A stretch of DNA of 32,000 nucleotides from Candidatus Paracaedimonas acanthamoebae (GCA_000743035.1 CP008936.1:1620001-1652000), one strand, 5' to 3'. Counted from the stretch's first letter, positions 19,284 to 27,103 are shown. Numbers and translations are program-made. The notes: a model not told the origin generated them from the letters alone.

Positions 19284-19982
19284 ATGATTCTAACTTGTCC
19301 TTCTTGTCAGAAACGTTATATGATTGAGTCACGCGAAATTGGCTCAAAAGGAAGACTTGTTCGGTGTGTTGCTTGTCGCCATACCTGGCACCAACAATTA
19401 GATGAAGACATGTCAGCTTTGGCAGACTTAACAGCAGACTTCTTTTCTGAGAAAGAAAATACAGTTATATCAAAACGGCATCCTACAATTTGGATCCTTA
19501 TGGTTGCTGGATTAATACTTCTCTTGGGGTCATTGTTAATGGCTCGAAATACAATTGTCTCTCATTGGCCAAGTACAGAAAAAATTTTTTCAAAAATTGG
19601 TTTTTCCACCTCAAACCCTACTGAAGGCTTACAAATAGAAAATATTACGCCTATGCAGCTTACCCATGGAACGGATGCAATGATTGTTCTCAAGGGTGAC
19701 CTTGTGAATACCTCTTCTTTAATTCGCACGATTCCTACTTTGCATATCATTGTAAAAGGCGATTGTAAGGGAGCTCCTTTGGCATCTCAGATAAAAATGC
19801 AATTAAAGCAAACATTGGCAAAGATGGTGAAAAGTTCTGTAATAAGTGATGGGCTTTGCACTCTAGAAGAATGGGATTATAATCTTTCTGAGTCACGTTT
19901 ATTTCCTTCTGAGCGTTTAAGCTTTGAAACAACACCCCATGCTATGGTAGAAGGCGCAAAAGACATTACAGTTGAATTTTAG
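19284..19982 (+). CDS. MJ0042-type zinc-ribbon protein with one TM segment (DUF3426-like)
   Basis: MILTCPSCQKRYMIES......LVRCVACRHTW is the MJ0042 zinc-finger signature common in alphaproteobacteria, followed by a TM helix. The track ORF starts at 19224 (TTG). Confidence 0.75.
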   Translation: MILTCPSCQKRYMIESREIGSKGRLVRCVACRHTWHQQLDEDMSALADLTADFFSEKENTVISKRHPTIWILMVAGLILLLGSLLMARNTIVSHWPSTEKIFSKIGFSTSNPTEGLQIENITPMQLTHGTDAMIVLKGDLVNTSSLIRTIPTLHIIVKGDCKGAPLASQIKMQLKQTLAKMVKSSVISDGLCTLEEWDYNLSESRLFPSERLSFETTPHAMVEGAKDITVEF

Positions 19983-19991
19983 GAGGTCTTT

Positions 19992-20603
19992 ATGTCTTTA
20001 ACATCTTCACCGGTTGTCACCGCGATTTCTTGGGATGCATTTTTCCAGTCTGAATTAAAAGAACATTTAATGGTGGCTGAAGACACTCAAAAGAGTATGC
20101 AAAACCAATTTATATCTCTCGTTGAAATGGCAATTAACACTTTGCAAAAAGGGGGGAAAATAATCTTTTTTGGAAATGGGGGAAGTGCTGCTGATTCCCA
20201 GCATTTGGCGACAGAACTAACTGTTCGGTATCGTAAAAATCGTGCCGCTCTTGCTGCGCTTGCATTAACGACAGATACTTCTGCGCTAACAGCAATTGGA
20301 AATGACTTTGGTTTTGATCACCTTTTTGAAAGACAGATAGAAGCACTTGCCAAGCCAGATGATCTTATCATTGGAATTACAACATCAGGTAAAAGCCCCA
20401 ATGTTATTTTAGCATTTAAAAAGGCGCAAGCGTTGGGACTTAAGACGGTTGCTTTTACCGGGGGAACAGGTGGAGAATTACCAGGAATAGTCGATTTAAT
20501 ACTTTGTGTTCCTTCATTTACAACGAGTCGTATCCAAGAAATGCATATCACTTTGGGACAAATGTTGTGTGGGGCATTGGAAGATTTCTTTGCTAACTCT
20601 TAA
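19992..20603 (+). CDS. gmhA: D-sedoheptulose-7-phosphate isomerase (SIS domain)
   Basis: 203-aa ORF with FFGNGGSAADSQHLATEL and TTSGKSPNV motifs. It lies directly upstream of hldE. Confidence 0.9.
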   Translation: MSLTSSPVVTAISWDAFFQSELKEHLMVAEDTQKSMQNQFISLVEMAINTLQKGGKIIFFGNGGSAADSQHLATELTVRYRKNRAALAALALTTDTSALTAIGNDFGFDHLFERQIEALAKPDDLIIGITTSGKSPNVILAFKKAQALGLKTVAFTGGTGGELPGIVDLILCVPSFTTSRIQEMHITLGQMLCGALEDFFANS

Positions 20604-20611
20604 GGTTCATT

Positions 20612-22102
20612 ATGTTCTCTTCTTCAAATTTTGACCATTATTTAGATAATTTAGCTCACACTCATTTGTTGTGTCTAGGCGACATAATGCTTGATTGCTT
20701 CATTTATGGTCGAGTGGAACGCATTTCTCCTGAAGCCCCCGTTCCTGTATTTCACATGAATCATAAAACAATGTCTGTAGGAGGAGCAGGAAACGTCGTA
20801 CGGAATCTATGTGCGCTTGGCGTTGAAACTTCTTTTTGTGGCATGATTGGTAAGGATAATGAAGGAGAAGAATTAAAGAAATTAATCGATGGGCTCCCTA
20901 AAACGGCAGGATGCTTGATTCAAGATGCTCATCGACCCACAACGCACAAAATACGCTATCTGGCCCATAACCAACAAATACTTAGAGCAGATAATGAGGC
21001 AACCTTTCCCCTTTCTTTAGAGCTTCAAAATCAAGTAATACAGTATTTTCAAACACAGCTATTTTTAGTTAATGGCGTCATTTTTTCAGATTATGGCAAA
21101 GGAATGTTACCTCCTACGCTTCTGAAAGAGTTAATTTCTCTAGCAAAACAAGCAGGAAAGCCTGTTATTGTGGATCCTAAGGGCTCAGATTACAGTATTT
21201 ATCGTGGGGCAACAGTTCTTACACCTAACTTGCGCGAGCTTGCTCAGGCAACACATATGCCAGTTACTAAAGATAATGAAATTGTTGAGGCAGCTTTAAG
21301 CTTGATCAATAAATATGAGATTAATGCTGTTCTTGTTACGCGTAGCGAACAAGGCATGAGCTTAATTCGTGCGCATCAAGAGCCCTTCCATATTCCAACA
21401 CACGCTATAGAGGTATTTGATGTTTCGGGGGCGGGCGATACGGTTATAGCGGCATTTTCGGCAACTTTGTTAAGTGGTGCTTCTTTTGAAGAAGCTGCTT
21501 ATCTTGCAAATGTGGCAGCTGGTCTTGTTGTCGCAAAGGTGGGGACGGCAACTGTTAGTTCAGAAGAGGTACAAAATCTTATAAAAAAGAAAGATATCTC
21601 TCCTATAAAAAATAAGAATTTAAACCGTTTAGAAGCAAACGATATTGTTATTCAATGGAAACGTCAGGGATTGAAAGTTGGGTTTACAAATGGATGTTTT
21701 GATCTTCTTCATCCAGGGCATATAGCGCTTTTGCAAAAGGCAAGATCAAAGTGTGACAAGCTAATTGTAGGGTTGAACAGCAATGCTTCAATTCAGCGTC
21801 TGAAAGGTCCGCAACGACCTATACAATCTCAAGAGGCTAGAGCAACTGTTTTAGCTTCTTTAGAGATGGTCGATATGGTTGTCGTTTTTGAAGAAGATAC
21901 GCCGATAAATCTTATTCATACAGTGCGTCCCGATGTTCTTGTAAAAGGTGCCGATTATACGATTGATAAAGTCGTTGGAGCCCGCGAAGTCCAAAGTTGG
22001 GGAGGTGAAGTTTTATTAATTGAATTAATCCCTGAACAAAGCACAACAAGAACCGTCCATAAAATAAAAGAAGCTCAACAAAGCCCAAGCCAAGTAGCAT
22101 AA
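20612..22102 (+). CDS. hldE: bifunctional D-beta-D-heptose 7-phosphate kinase / D-beta-D-heptose 1-phosphate adenylyltransferase
   Basis: 496-aa ORF. N-terminal ribokinase-like domain (DVSGAGDTV) and C-terminal cytidylyltransferase domain (GFTNGCFDLLHPGH). Confidence 0.92.
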   Translation: MFSSSNFDHYLDNLAHTHLLCLGDIMLDCFIYGRVERISPEAPVPVFHMNHKTMSVGGAGNVVRNLCALGVETSFCGMIGKDNEGEELKKLIDGLPKTAGCLIQDAHRPTTHKIRYLAHNQQILRADNEATFPLSLELQNQVIQYFQTQLFLVNGVIFSDYGKGMLPPTLLKELISLAKQAGKPVIVDPKGSDYSIYRGATVLTPNLRELAQATHMPVTKDNEIVEAALSLINKYEINAVLVTRSEQGMSLIRAHQEPFHIPTHAIEVFDVSGAGDTVIAAFSATLLSGASFEEAAYLANVAAGLVVAKVGTATVSSEEVQNLIKKKDISPIKNKNLNRLEANDIVIQWKRQGLKVGFTNGCFDLLHPGHIALLQKARSKCDKLIVGLNSNASIQRLKGPQRPIQSQEARATVLASLEMVDMVVVFEEDTPINLIHTVRPDVLVKGADYTIDKVVGAREVQSWGGEVLLIELIPEQSTTRTVHKIKEAQQSPSQVA

Positions 22103-22125
22103 TTTTTAAACTAAAAGGAATAACC

Positions 22126-22193
22126 ATGAAAAAAGAAGCAATTTTTATATTGTTCTCAGTGGATTGATGGTATCAAGTGCATCAATTTCTTAA
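22126..22193 (+). pseudogene. decayed 5' remnant (signal-peptide region only) of a paralogue of the 25362-26207 gene
   Basis: SD AAAGGAA plus an ATG at 22126. Frame 0 gives MKKEAIFILFSVD*; the shifted frame gives SGLMVSSASIS*. Compare MKKQTIYTMICGLMMSSASMASS at 25362. The 14-mer TCAAGTGCATCAAT is identical at 22173-22186 and 25407-25420. Confidence 0.5.
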
Positions 22194-22203
22194 AGGTTAT
22201 GCA

Positions 22204-22830
22204 TCATTCAATCGTTAGCATATCTGAAAATTGATGATTAACATCGCGATGCTTGCATTCATCATTGCGGATCACAACAATAAGATCCTTGAGCCGCGCT
22301 GTTGGTGAAAGGTTCCAATAACCTCGAGCAATTTGAGGAATCTCGCAATTGGCCATTCTGCCTTCTTCAACTTCTTTTAAATATTGCGTGTAACTTACCA
22401 CTGCTTCTTCCTCAAGATAGCCAACAAGACGATGAGCAGTTCTTGCAGAACAAATATATAAGATCAAATACAAGGTATAAAAAATGCCTTGTGCGGCTAT
22501 AATAAGTAATCTTTCAAGAGTACTGGGTTGGGCAATATGAATGAATGTCATTAGGTGCATTCTTTCGTTTTCTGCTTCATCTAAAAGTTCTTTTATCCAT
22601 CCATGATCATCTTCGATTTTTCTTAGAGATCTTAAATGGCGTAACATGCCGGCAATCATGCCAGGAATAGCCGCAACCGTTTCTAAGACAACAGCGCGAT
22701 GGCCATATCTTTTCTTAAAGAAAGCATCGGCAAATAAACGCATAAATTTTACAATGCAAAGAGCAATACGATCTTGAATGGTTTTTGGTTTGCGGTGGAC
22801 TTTTAAAGGGTATAACTGAGTCATCAACAT
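22204..22830 (-). CDS. aox: alternative oxidase (cyanide-insensitive di-iron ubiquinol oxidase)
   Basis: 208-aa ORF with all four iron-binding motifs in order: LETVAAIPGM, ENERMHLMTF, YLEEEAVVSYT and RNDECKHRDVNH (compare the eukaryotic LET, NERMHL, LEEEA, RADEA.HRDVNH). Confidence 0.9.
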   Translation of the reverse strand: MLMTQLYPLKVHRKPKTIQDRIALCIVKFMRLFADAFFKKRYGHRAVVLETVAAIPGMIAGMLRHLRSLRKIEDDHGWIKELLDEAENERMHLMTFIHIAQPSTLERLLIIAAQGIFYTLYLILYICSARTAHRLVGYLEEEAVVSYTQYLKEVEEGRMANCEIPQIARGYWNLSPTARLKDLIVVIRNDECKHRDVNHQFSDMLTIE

Positions 22831-22916
22831 TTCTCTTGGTTTTTAGAAATTATTGTTAAACAATTAATGCCTAACACACTATCTTCTCAAACCAAACGTT
22901 TCAATAGAGTTAAAAT

Positions 22917-23633
22917 TCATTTTAAAATATGACTTAGCGCTAATGCATCATAAGGAGCATGACAGCGTCGTGTATTATTGAAATAAAGCCAAGTATTTTC
23001 TGCTTTTGACGTTCTTATTCGTTTGGACCATTCTTCTAGAATTTCTTTTTCATAATGAGGTTCATAAGTTGGGCTTCCATGAAAGCGTATATATAATTCA
23101 GGTTGATTGGGAATAATAATCTCTGGAACATTCATGCCACTGACACTGCAAATTGTAATGTTTGCTAATTTGCATGCTTTAAAAACATGGGAATCCCACC
23201 AGCTTGGGTGCCGAAATTCTAAAACATTTTTGTAAAAAGGATCTAATTGAGCAAGAATGTGCTCTAGATTTTCCCGTGTAAAGATCAAACTTGGCGGCAG
23301 TTGAAATAAAAAGCAACCCATCTTTTCCTGGAGAATATCACATAGGTTATAGGTTTGTTTAATCCAGTCTTGGGCTTCATTAAACTTTAATTTATGAGTG
23401 ATCATATGATGTGCTTTAATCGTGAATTTAAATCCTAAAGGGGCTGTTTGATACCACTTTAAAACCGTTTTTGAAGAAGGATATTGATAAAAAGTGCTAT
23501 TAACTTCGACTGTATTGAAATGATTTACATAAAAATGTAAGTGATCTTGGGGTTTTAAATTTAAAGGATAAAATTTTCCCATCCATTCTCGATAACTCCA
23601 TCCAGCACAACCAATATAAATGTTATGAGCCAT
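22917..23633 (-). CDS. DUF72 (YecE/UPF0759) family protein
   Basis: 238-aa ORF. IYIGCAGWSY..W.GKFYP, FNTVEVNSTFY and FEFRHPSW are typical of DUF72. Confidence 0.85.
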   Translation of the reverse strand: MAHNIYIGCAGWSYREWMGKFYPLNLKPQDHLHFYVNHFNTVEVNSTFYQYPSSKTVLKWYQTAPLGFKFTIKAHHMITHKLKFNEAQDWIKQTYNLCDILQEKMGCFLFQLPPSLIFTRENLEHILAQLDPFYKNVLEFRHPSWWDSHVFKACKLANITICSVSGMNVPEIIIPNQPELYIRFHGSPTYEPHYEKEILEEWSKRIRTSKAENTWLYFNNTRRCHAPYDALALSHILK

Positions 23634-23661
23634 AGAGGAGAATGAAAATATTTCTTATTTC

Positions 23662-23862
23662 TCAAATATAATTCTGTTCTTGATCTTTCCAGTTATTTAA
23701 CTTAGTAAAGGACGCATCTTGAGGATCAAAAAAATCCTTTAATTCTGGATAACTCAAATTATTTCCTCTTATTTCATTTACAGAGGGGTAAGTGTGCCCA
23801 AGAGGCTTTGTAATAAAATATAGTGCCAAAAAAAATAACGCTGTAAGTATGACTCTATTCAT
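23662..23862 (-). CDS. small hypothetical secreted/membrane protein (66 aa)
   Basis: Strong SD (AAGGAG 8 nt upstream of the ATG) and an N-terminal hydrophobic segment (ILTALFFLALYFI). It is 28 nt upstream of the DUF72 gene on the same strand. Confidence 0.55.
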   Translation of the reverse strand: MNRVILTALFFLALYFITKPLGHTYPSVNEIRGNNLSYPELKDFFDPQDASFTKLNNWKDQEQNYI

Positions 23863-24247
23863 TTGAAAGCTCCTTTATTTTATTTTTAATATAAAAGGAG
23901 AAGCTCGGAAGTGAGAATTTGAGAGATTAAAGAAATTTAAACTTCTTAGCGAAGCTTATCAATCAAAGGATCCAATTTATTGCAACCATGAAATATAAAA
24001 AATTGTTGTCAAATAGTTGAATCATTATTTTATAGAGTTAGATTAAAACTTGGATCGTATTAAATATTATTAAAAATATACATAGTATGTTTGGAAATAG
24101 TAACTTCTATGAATTTAGAAAAAAGAAAGAAAATATAAAATTTATAAAAAATATTTAATTGTTTTATCCATATTTGACAAGAATCTTCTTATTCAGTAAA
24201 TGAAATCAGCAATTTTTTTGGTGAAAAATAAATTTTTGAAAAAAAAG

Positions 24248-24275
24248 TTGACAACTATCAATGATAGTATATTTA
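24248..24275 (+). promoter_or_regulatory. putative sigma70 promoter with an embedded tetO-like palindromic operator, upstream of the 24330 cluster
   Basis: TTGACA (24248-24253), perfect palindrome ACTATCA-A-TGATAGT (24254-24268), then TATTTA (24270-24275) at a 16-nt spacer. An A8 run sits immediately upstream. A second candidate is TTGACA-17 nt-TAAATG at about 24174-24202. Confidence 0.5.
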
Positions 24276-24329
24276 CATAAGCAGGTAAGCTAAAATTTAA
24301 GACAATTTGTGTATATAAGGAAAATTATA

Positions 24330-25019
24330 ATGAAGAATTTTGCGCAAAATATCTCTTTTTTCAAAACCCTTAGTGTTTGCATAATTCTTTCTGGTTTTGG
24401 CATAAATGTCTTTAAGTGTGCAGCGAGTGCGCTCGGAGAGGAAGCTGCAGAAGATGTTAATATTGGGGGAGCAAGCTCTTCGGTACCTATGGTAATTCCC
24501 CCTCTAAATTTGTTTGAATCCGACATTACATCACAGTCCCCAACGTTACGCCCCATCCCGATCCCATCTCTAAAAGAGCTGAAAGGTCAAATTTTTTGGC
24601 ATGAGTTCATAATATTAGATGAAAAGAGTGACAGTCGCGAAAACAAAAGGCTCAAAGCGCAGGATGCATTTATTGCAGTGACTGACTTGGCGACTATGTT
24701 TGAAGAGGAATTTGAAAAGGATAAGTATCAGACTATTTTTTCTGGAACAAATTTTAAGCAAGTTTTATCAGAAGAGAAGGTGAGGATGAAACTCATCTTG
24801 AAGGGCCAAGAATTTGAAATAGCAGGATTCAGTGATGCATTGTTAGGAGCTTTAGATCAGTGGGTCACATTGAAAGAGTGCTTTTTTAGTCTTAACAAAG
24901 CCGTAACATTGCTTCGTAATCGGATTCATGAAGATTATACTAAAGAACAAGAATATATCGCTCGTATTGCTTTTTTAACTAAATTGAAAAAAAATGGGAA
25001 GACGAATGTCAATCTTTAA
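24330..25019 (+). CDS. hypothetical secreted protein, upstream segment of a gene split at an A8 tract
   Basis: SD AAGGA (24317-24321) plus an ATG at 24330. Signal-like N-terminus MKNFAQNISFFKTLSVCIILSGFGINVFKCAASA. No recognisable family. The reading frame terminates 25 nt after the A8 run. The track start is GTG at 24309. Confidence 0.6.
   Translation: MKNFAQNISFFKTLSVCIILSGFGINVFKCAASALGEEAAEDVNIGGASSSVPMVIPPLNLFESDITSQSPTLRPIPIPSLKELKGQIFWHEFIILDEKSDSRENKRLKAQDAFIAVTDLATMFEEEFEKDKYQTIFSGTNFKQVLSEEKVRMKLILKGQEFEIAGFSDALLGALDQWVTLKECFFSLNKAVTLLRNRIHEDYTKEQEYIARIAFLTKLKKNGKTNVNL
24987..24994 (+). repeat. homopolymeric A8 tract at the junction of two reading frames
   Basis: ttgAAAAAAAAtgg. 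The 0 frame reads L K K N G...stop. The -1 frame is open from 24983 and reads ..K K W E D E C... through to 25351. Confidence 0.9.
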
Positions 25020-25090
25020 TAACAAATGGTTCTGCGTCCGGAAGCACTAACCAACAATCTTCAATAGTAAGTCCCAGAGAACTTGAGCAG

Positions 25091-25351
25091 TTGCAGTCTC
25101 AAAATCAAGATTTAAGGATAAATATTGCAACGTTCGAAAGGGCTAATCAACAATTAAACTTGGAAAATCAAACGCTTCGAGCTCGGGTCTCTCAACTTGA
25201 AAAAGAGGCACTGGATAATCGTCAAGAAGATCACGTGGCTATTCCGGTTGGTGCAGAGCCTAAGAAAAGACTTTCTTTTTGGGGATGGATTGTGAGCTTG
25301 TTTCAGAGGTCCCCATCTACAGTAAATGAAACAACCAAACTTATACAATAA
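25091..25351 (+). CDS. coiled-coil segment, probably the downstream (-1 frame) part of the 24330 gene rather than an independent gene
   Basis: The ORF has no ATG or Met anywhere. The track start is a TTG without a convincing SD. The frame is open upstream to 24983, overlapping the A8 tract. It has heptad-like Q/L/E/N-rich sequence and ends in the hydrophobic LSFWGWIVSLF. Confidence 0.45.
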   Translation: MQSQNQDLRINIATFERANQQLNLENQTLRARVSQLEKEALDNRQEDHVAIPVGAEPKKRLSFWGWIVSLFQRSPSTVNETTKLIQ

Positions 25352-25361
25352 GGAGTAAACT

Positions 25362-26207
25362 ATGAAAAAACAAACTATTTACACAATGATATGTGGCTTA
25401 ATGATGTCAAGTGCATCAATGGCTTCATCTAACTTAAAAGACGAGTTTTCAACACCAGAAAAAAAACGTATCACACAAGTAACGGTAGGTCTCACTCCTT
25501 ATTCTAAAGCAATTGTAGAAGAACAAGTAAAGGCTTCTCTAAGACAAGAAAGACAGGAAAAAAAAGCAACTGAAGAATCTAGGGTAGCAAGAAGGCTTGT
25601 ATTAGAAGAAGCTGACGAAAAAGTTAAGCTTGAAGAGGCGAAACATAAAATTCAAATGAAAGAATTAGAAGAAAAACTTCAAGCTTTAAATCTTTCAAAA
25701 ACATCGAGTGAAAAAGAATTACAAGACCTTCGTAAAGAAAATGAGGAATTAAGACAAAGCAAGGAAGATCTTTCGACTCAACTGAAGAAAATTGAACAGG
25801 ATATTCAATTAAAGACAACAGAATTTGCAGAATTAGAAAAAGGTCATAAAGAAGTGCAAACAGCTCTTACGACTGCAAAAGCAACAGCAACCCAAGATGC
25901 TGAAAAAATTCAACAATTAGAAGGAAGCAAAAAAAGCCGTGAAGCAGCCTTGAAAATTTTGAGTGATTCTCTTGCGCTTGCTAGACAAGAGAAGGCTGAA
26001 GTAGTTGCTAAGTTAAATATAAAAGAACAAGAAGAAGCAGAATCAAAGGCGCAAGTTGCACTTAAGGAAGCAGAATTGAAACGTACTCAAGAAGAATTGT
26101 CTCTCGTGAAACAATATGTTTTTGAGGCTCCGACATCAACAACTGCTTCGACTTCAAAGCCTTCTCCAAATTCAAAGGCGCCTGGAAAAAAGAATATATT
26201 GGATTAA
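25362..26207 (+). CDS. secreted coiled-coil protein (E/K/Q-rich), no recognisable family
   Basis: SD AAGGAG (25350-25355) overlaps the preceding stop. Signal peptide MKKQTIYTMICGLMMSSASMA/SS, then about 220 aa of heptad-like charged sequence and an S/T/P-rich tail (APTSTTASTSKPSPNSKAPGKK). Confidence 0.75.
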   Translation: MKKQTIYTMICGLMMSSASMASSNLKDEFSTPEKKRITQVTVGLTPYSKAIVEEQVKASLRQERQEKKATEESRVARRLVLEEADEKVKLEEAKHKIQMKELEEKLQALNLSKTSSEKELQDLRKENEELRQSKEDLSTQLKKIEQDIQLKTTEFAELEKGHKEVQTALTTAKATATQDAEKIQQLEGSKKSREAALKILSDSLALARQEKAEVVAKLNIKEQEEAESKAQVALKEAELKRTQEELSLVKQYVFEAPTSTTASTSKPSPNSKAPGKKNILD

Positions 26208-26248
26208 TGATTATAGAGGTTGAGCTTAATAAGCATTAATGCTAACAG

Positions 26249-26304
26249 GAAACAGGTTTAAATTCTTTTTATTTTATAAGGATGAGAACCTGTTTCATTT
26301 TTTT
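26249..26304 (+). terminator. putative rho-independent terminator after the coiled-coil gene
   Basis: 10-bp stem GAAACAGGTT (26249-26258) / AACCTGTTTC (26287-26296) followed by a T7 run (26298-26304). The 28-nt loop is unusually large. Confidence 0.45.
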
Positions 26305-26332
26305 GTACTAAATAAAGTGCATTGGGGCGCAA

Positions 26333-27103
26333 ATGTTGAGAAAAGTATTATACTGTTGGTTTTCTCTTTTATTTAATCTATCTCTTGCTCATGCGACCAC
26401 ATGGGAGAATCTTCAGCCTTTCAAATGGCCAACTTGCATTGTACCTCAGAATGAATGGCGTTTTGGTGTTGGAATAGGTGTCGAATATCTTAACCTTCAA
26501 GCAAAAGTAAAAGATGATTTTTCACCTTTTGGCGCTGTGCAATTTGGGGATCGAGATCAAACTCAAAAACACTTTCAAGTTTCCCCATCCTTAGAAATAG
26601 GGAAGACGAGTTGCAATAATTACTATACAGGACTTGTTGTAAGTTGGCATTATTCTGGAATAAAAAAAGAGTCAAGAGCCCCGTTAAAACTCACGACTTA
26701 CTTTACCCATCAATTTAAGATGGCCTATTATTTAGATGTTTTGGCTAAACTTGGGTATAAAGTTACTTCAGAAACAATGGCTTATATGCTTGTGGGGCCT
26801 TCTATGGTGAAGTGGTCACACACAACAAAGCAAATTACCGAGCAAACACTGGAAGATACTTTTAAGATGTCTCAAACAAGTATCGGCTTAGGGGTAGGCT
26901 TAGGAGTAGAACAAGTTATTGGTCAAAATGTAGCTTTAAGCATAAATTATACCCATCATTTTTATAAAAATGAGAAAAAACAAAAGATTATGTCCATCAT
27001 AGATAATGTAGGGTATGGTCCATTCCCACGCTCAGGCATTATTTCTAAAAAAATAACGCCATCTTCTGATGCTATTACCCTGCGTTTAACCTACTTTTTC
27101 TAA
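26333..27103 (+). CDS. outer-membrane beta-barrel protein (OMP_b-brl / surface-antigen-like)
   Basis: Signal peptide ending ..LSLAHA/TT, alternating hydrophobic/polar strands (e.g. FGVGIGVEY, IGLGVGLGVEQ, ALSINYTHHF) and a C-terminal ..ITLRLTYFF with terminal Phe, the typical OMP signature. Confidence 0.75.
   Translation: MLRKVLYCWFSLLFNLSLAHATTWENLQPFKWPTCIVPQNEWRFGVGIGVEYLNLQAKVKDDFSPFGAVQFGDRDQTQKHFQVSPSLEIGKTSCNNYYTGLVVSWHYSGIKKESRAPLKLTTYFTHQFKMAYYLDVLAKLGYKVTSETMAYMLVGPSMVKWSHTTKQITEQTLEDTFKMSQTSIGLGVGLGVEQVIGQNVALSINYTHHFYKNEKKQKIMSIIDNVGYGPFPRSGIISKKITPSSDAITLRLTYFF

Noticed and set aside
22831-22916. Separate regulatory element between the DUF72 gene and aox
   Set aside because: The 86-nt spacer shows no clear -35/-10 pair or hairpin. 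It is treated as an intra-operon spacer pending transcript data.
24995-25060. Stimulatory hairpin or pseudoknot downstream of the A8 tract that would argue specifically for programmed -1 ribosomal frameshifting
   Set aside because: Only weak, short complementarities (around TCCGGA at 25037-25042) are visible. No convincing structure sits at the canonical 5-9 nt spacing, so the mechanism is left open.
26232-26243. Perfect 12-bp palindrome AGCATTAATGCT just after the coiled-coil gene stop
   Set aside because: It is a single occurrence in an AT-rich spacer with no promoter context, so it is compatible with chance. The adjacent longer hairpin plus T7 already explains termination.
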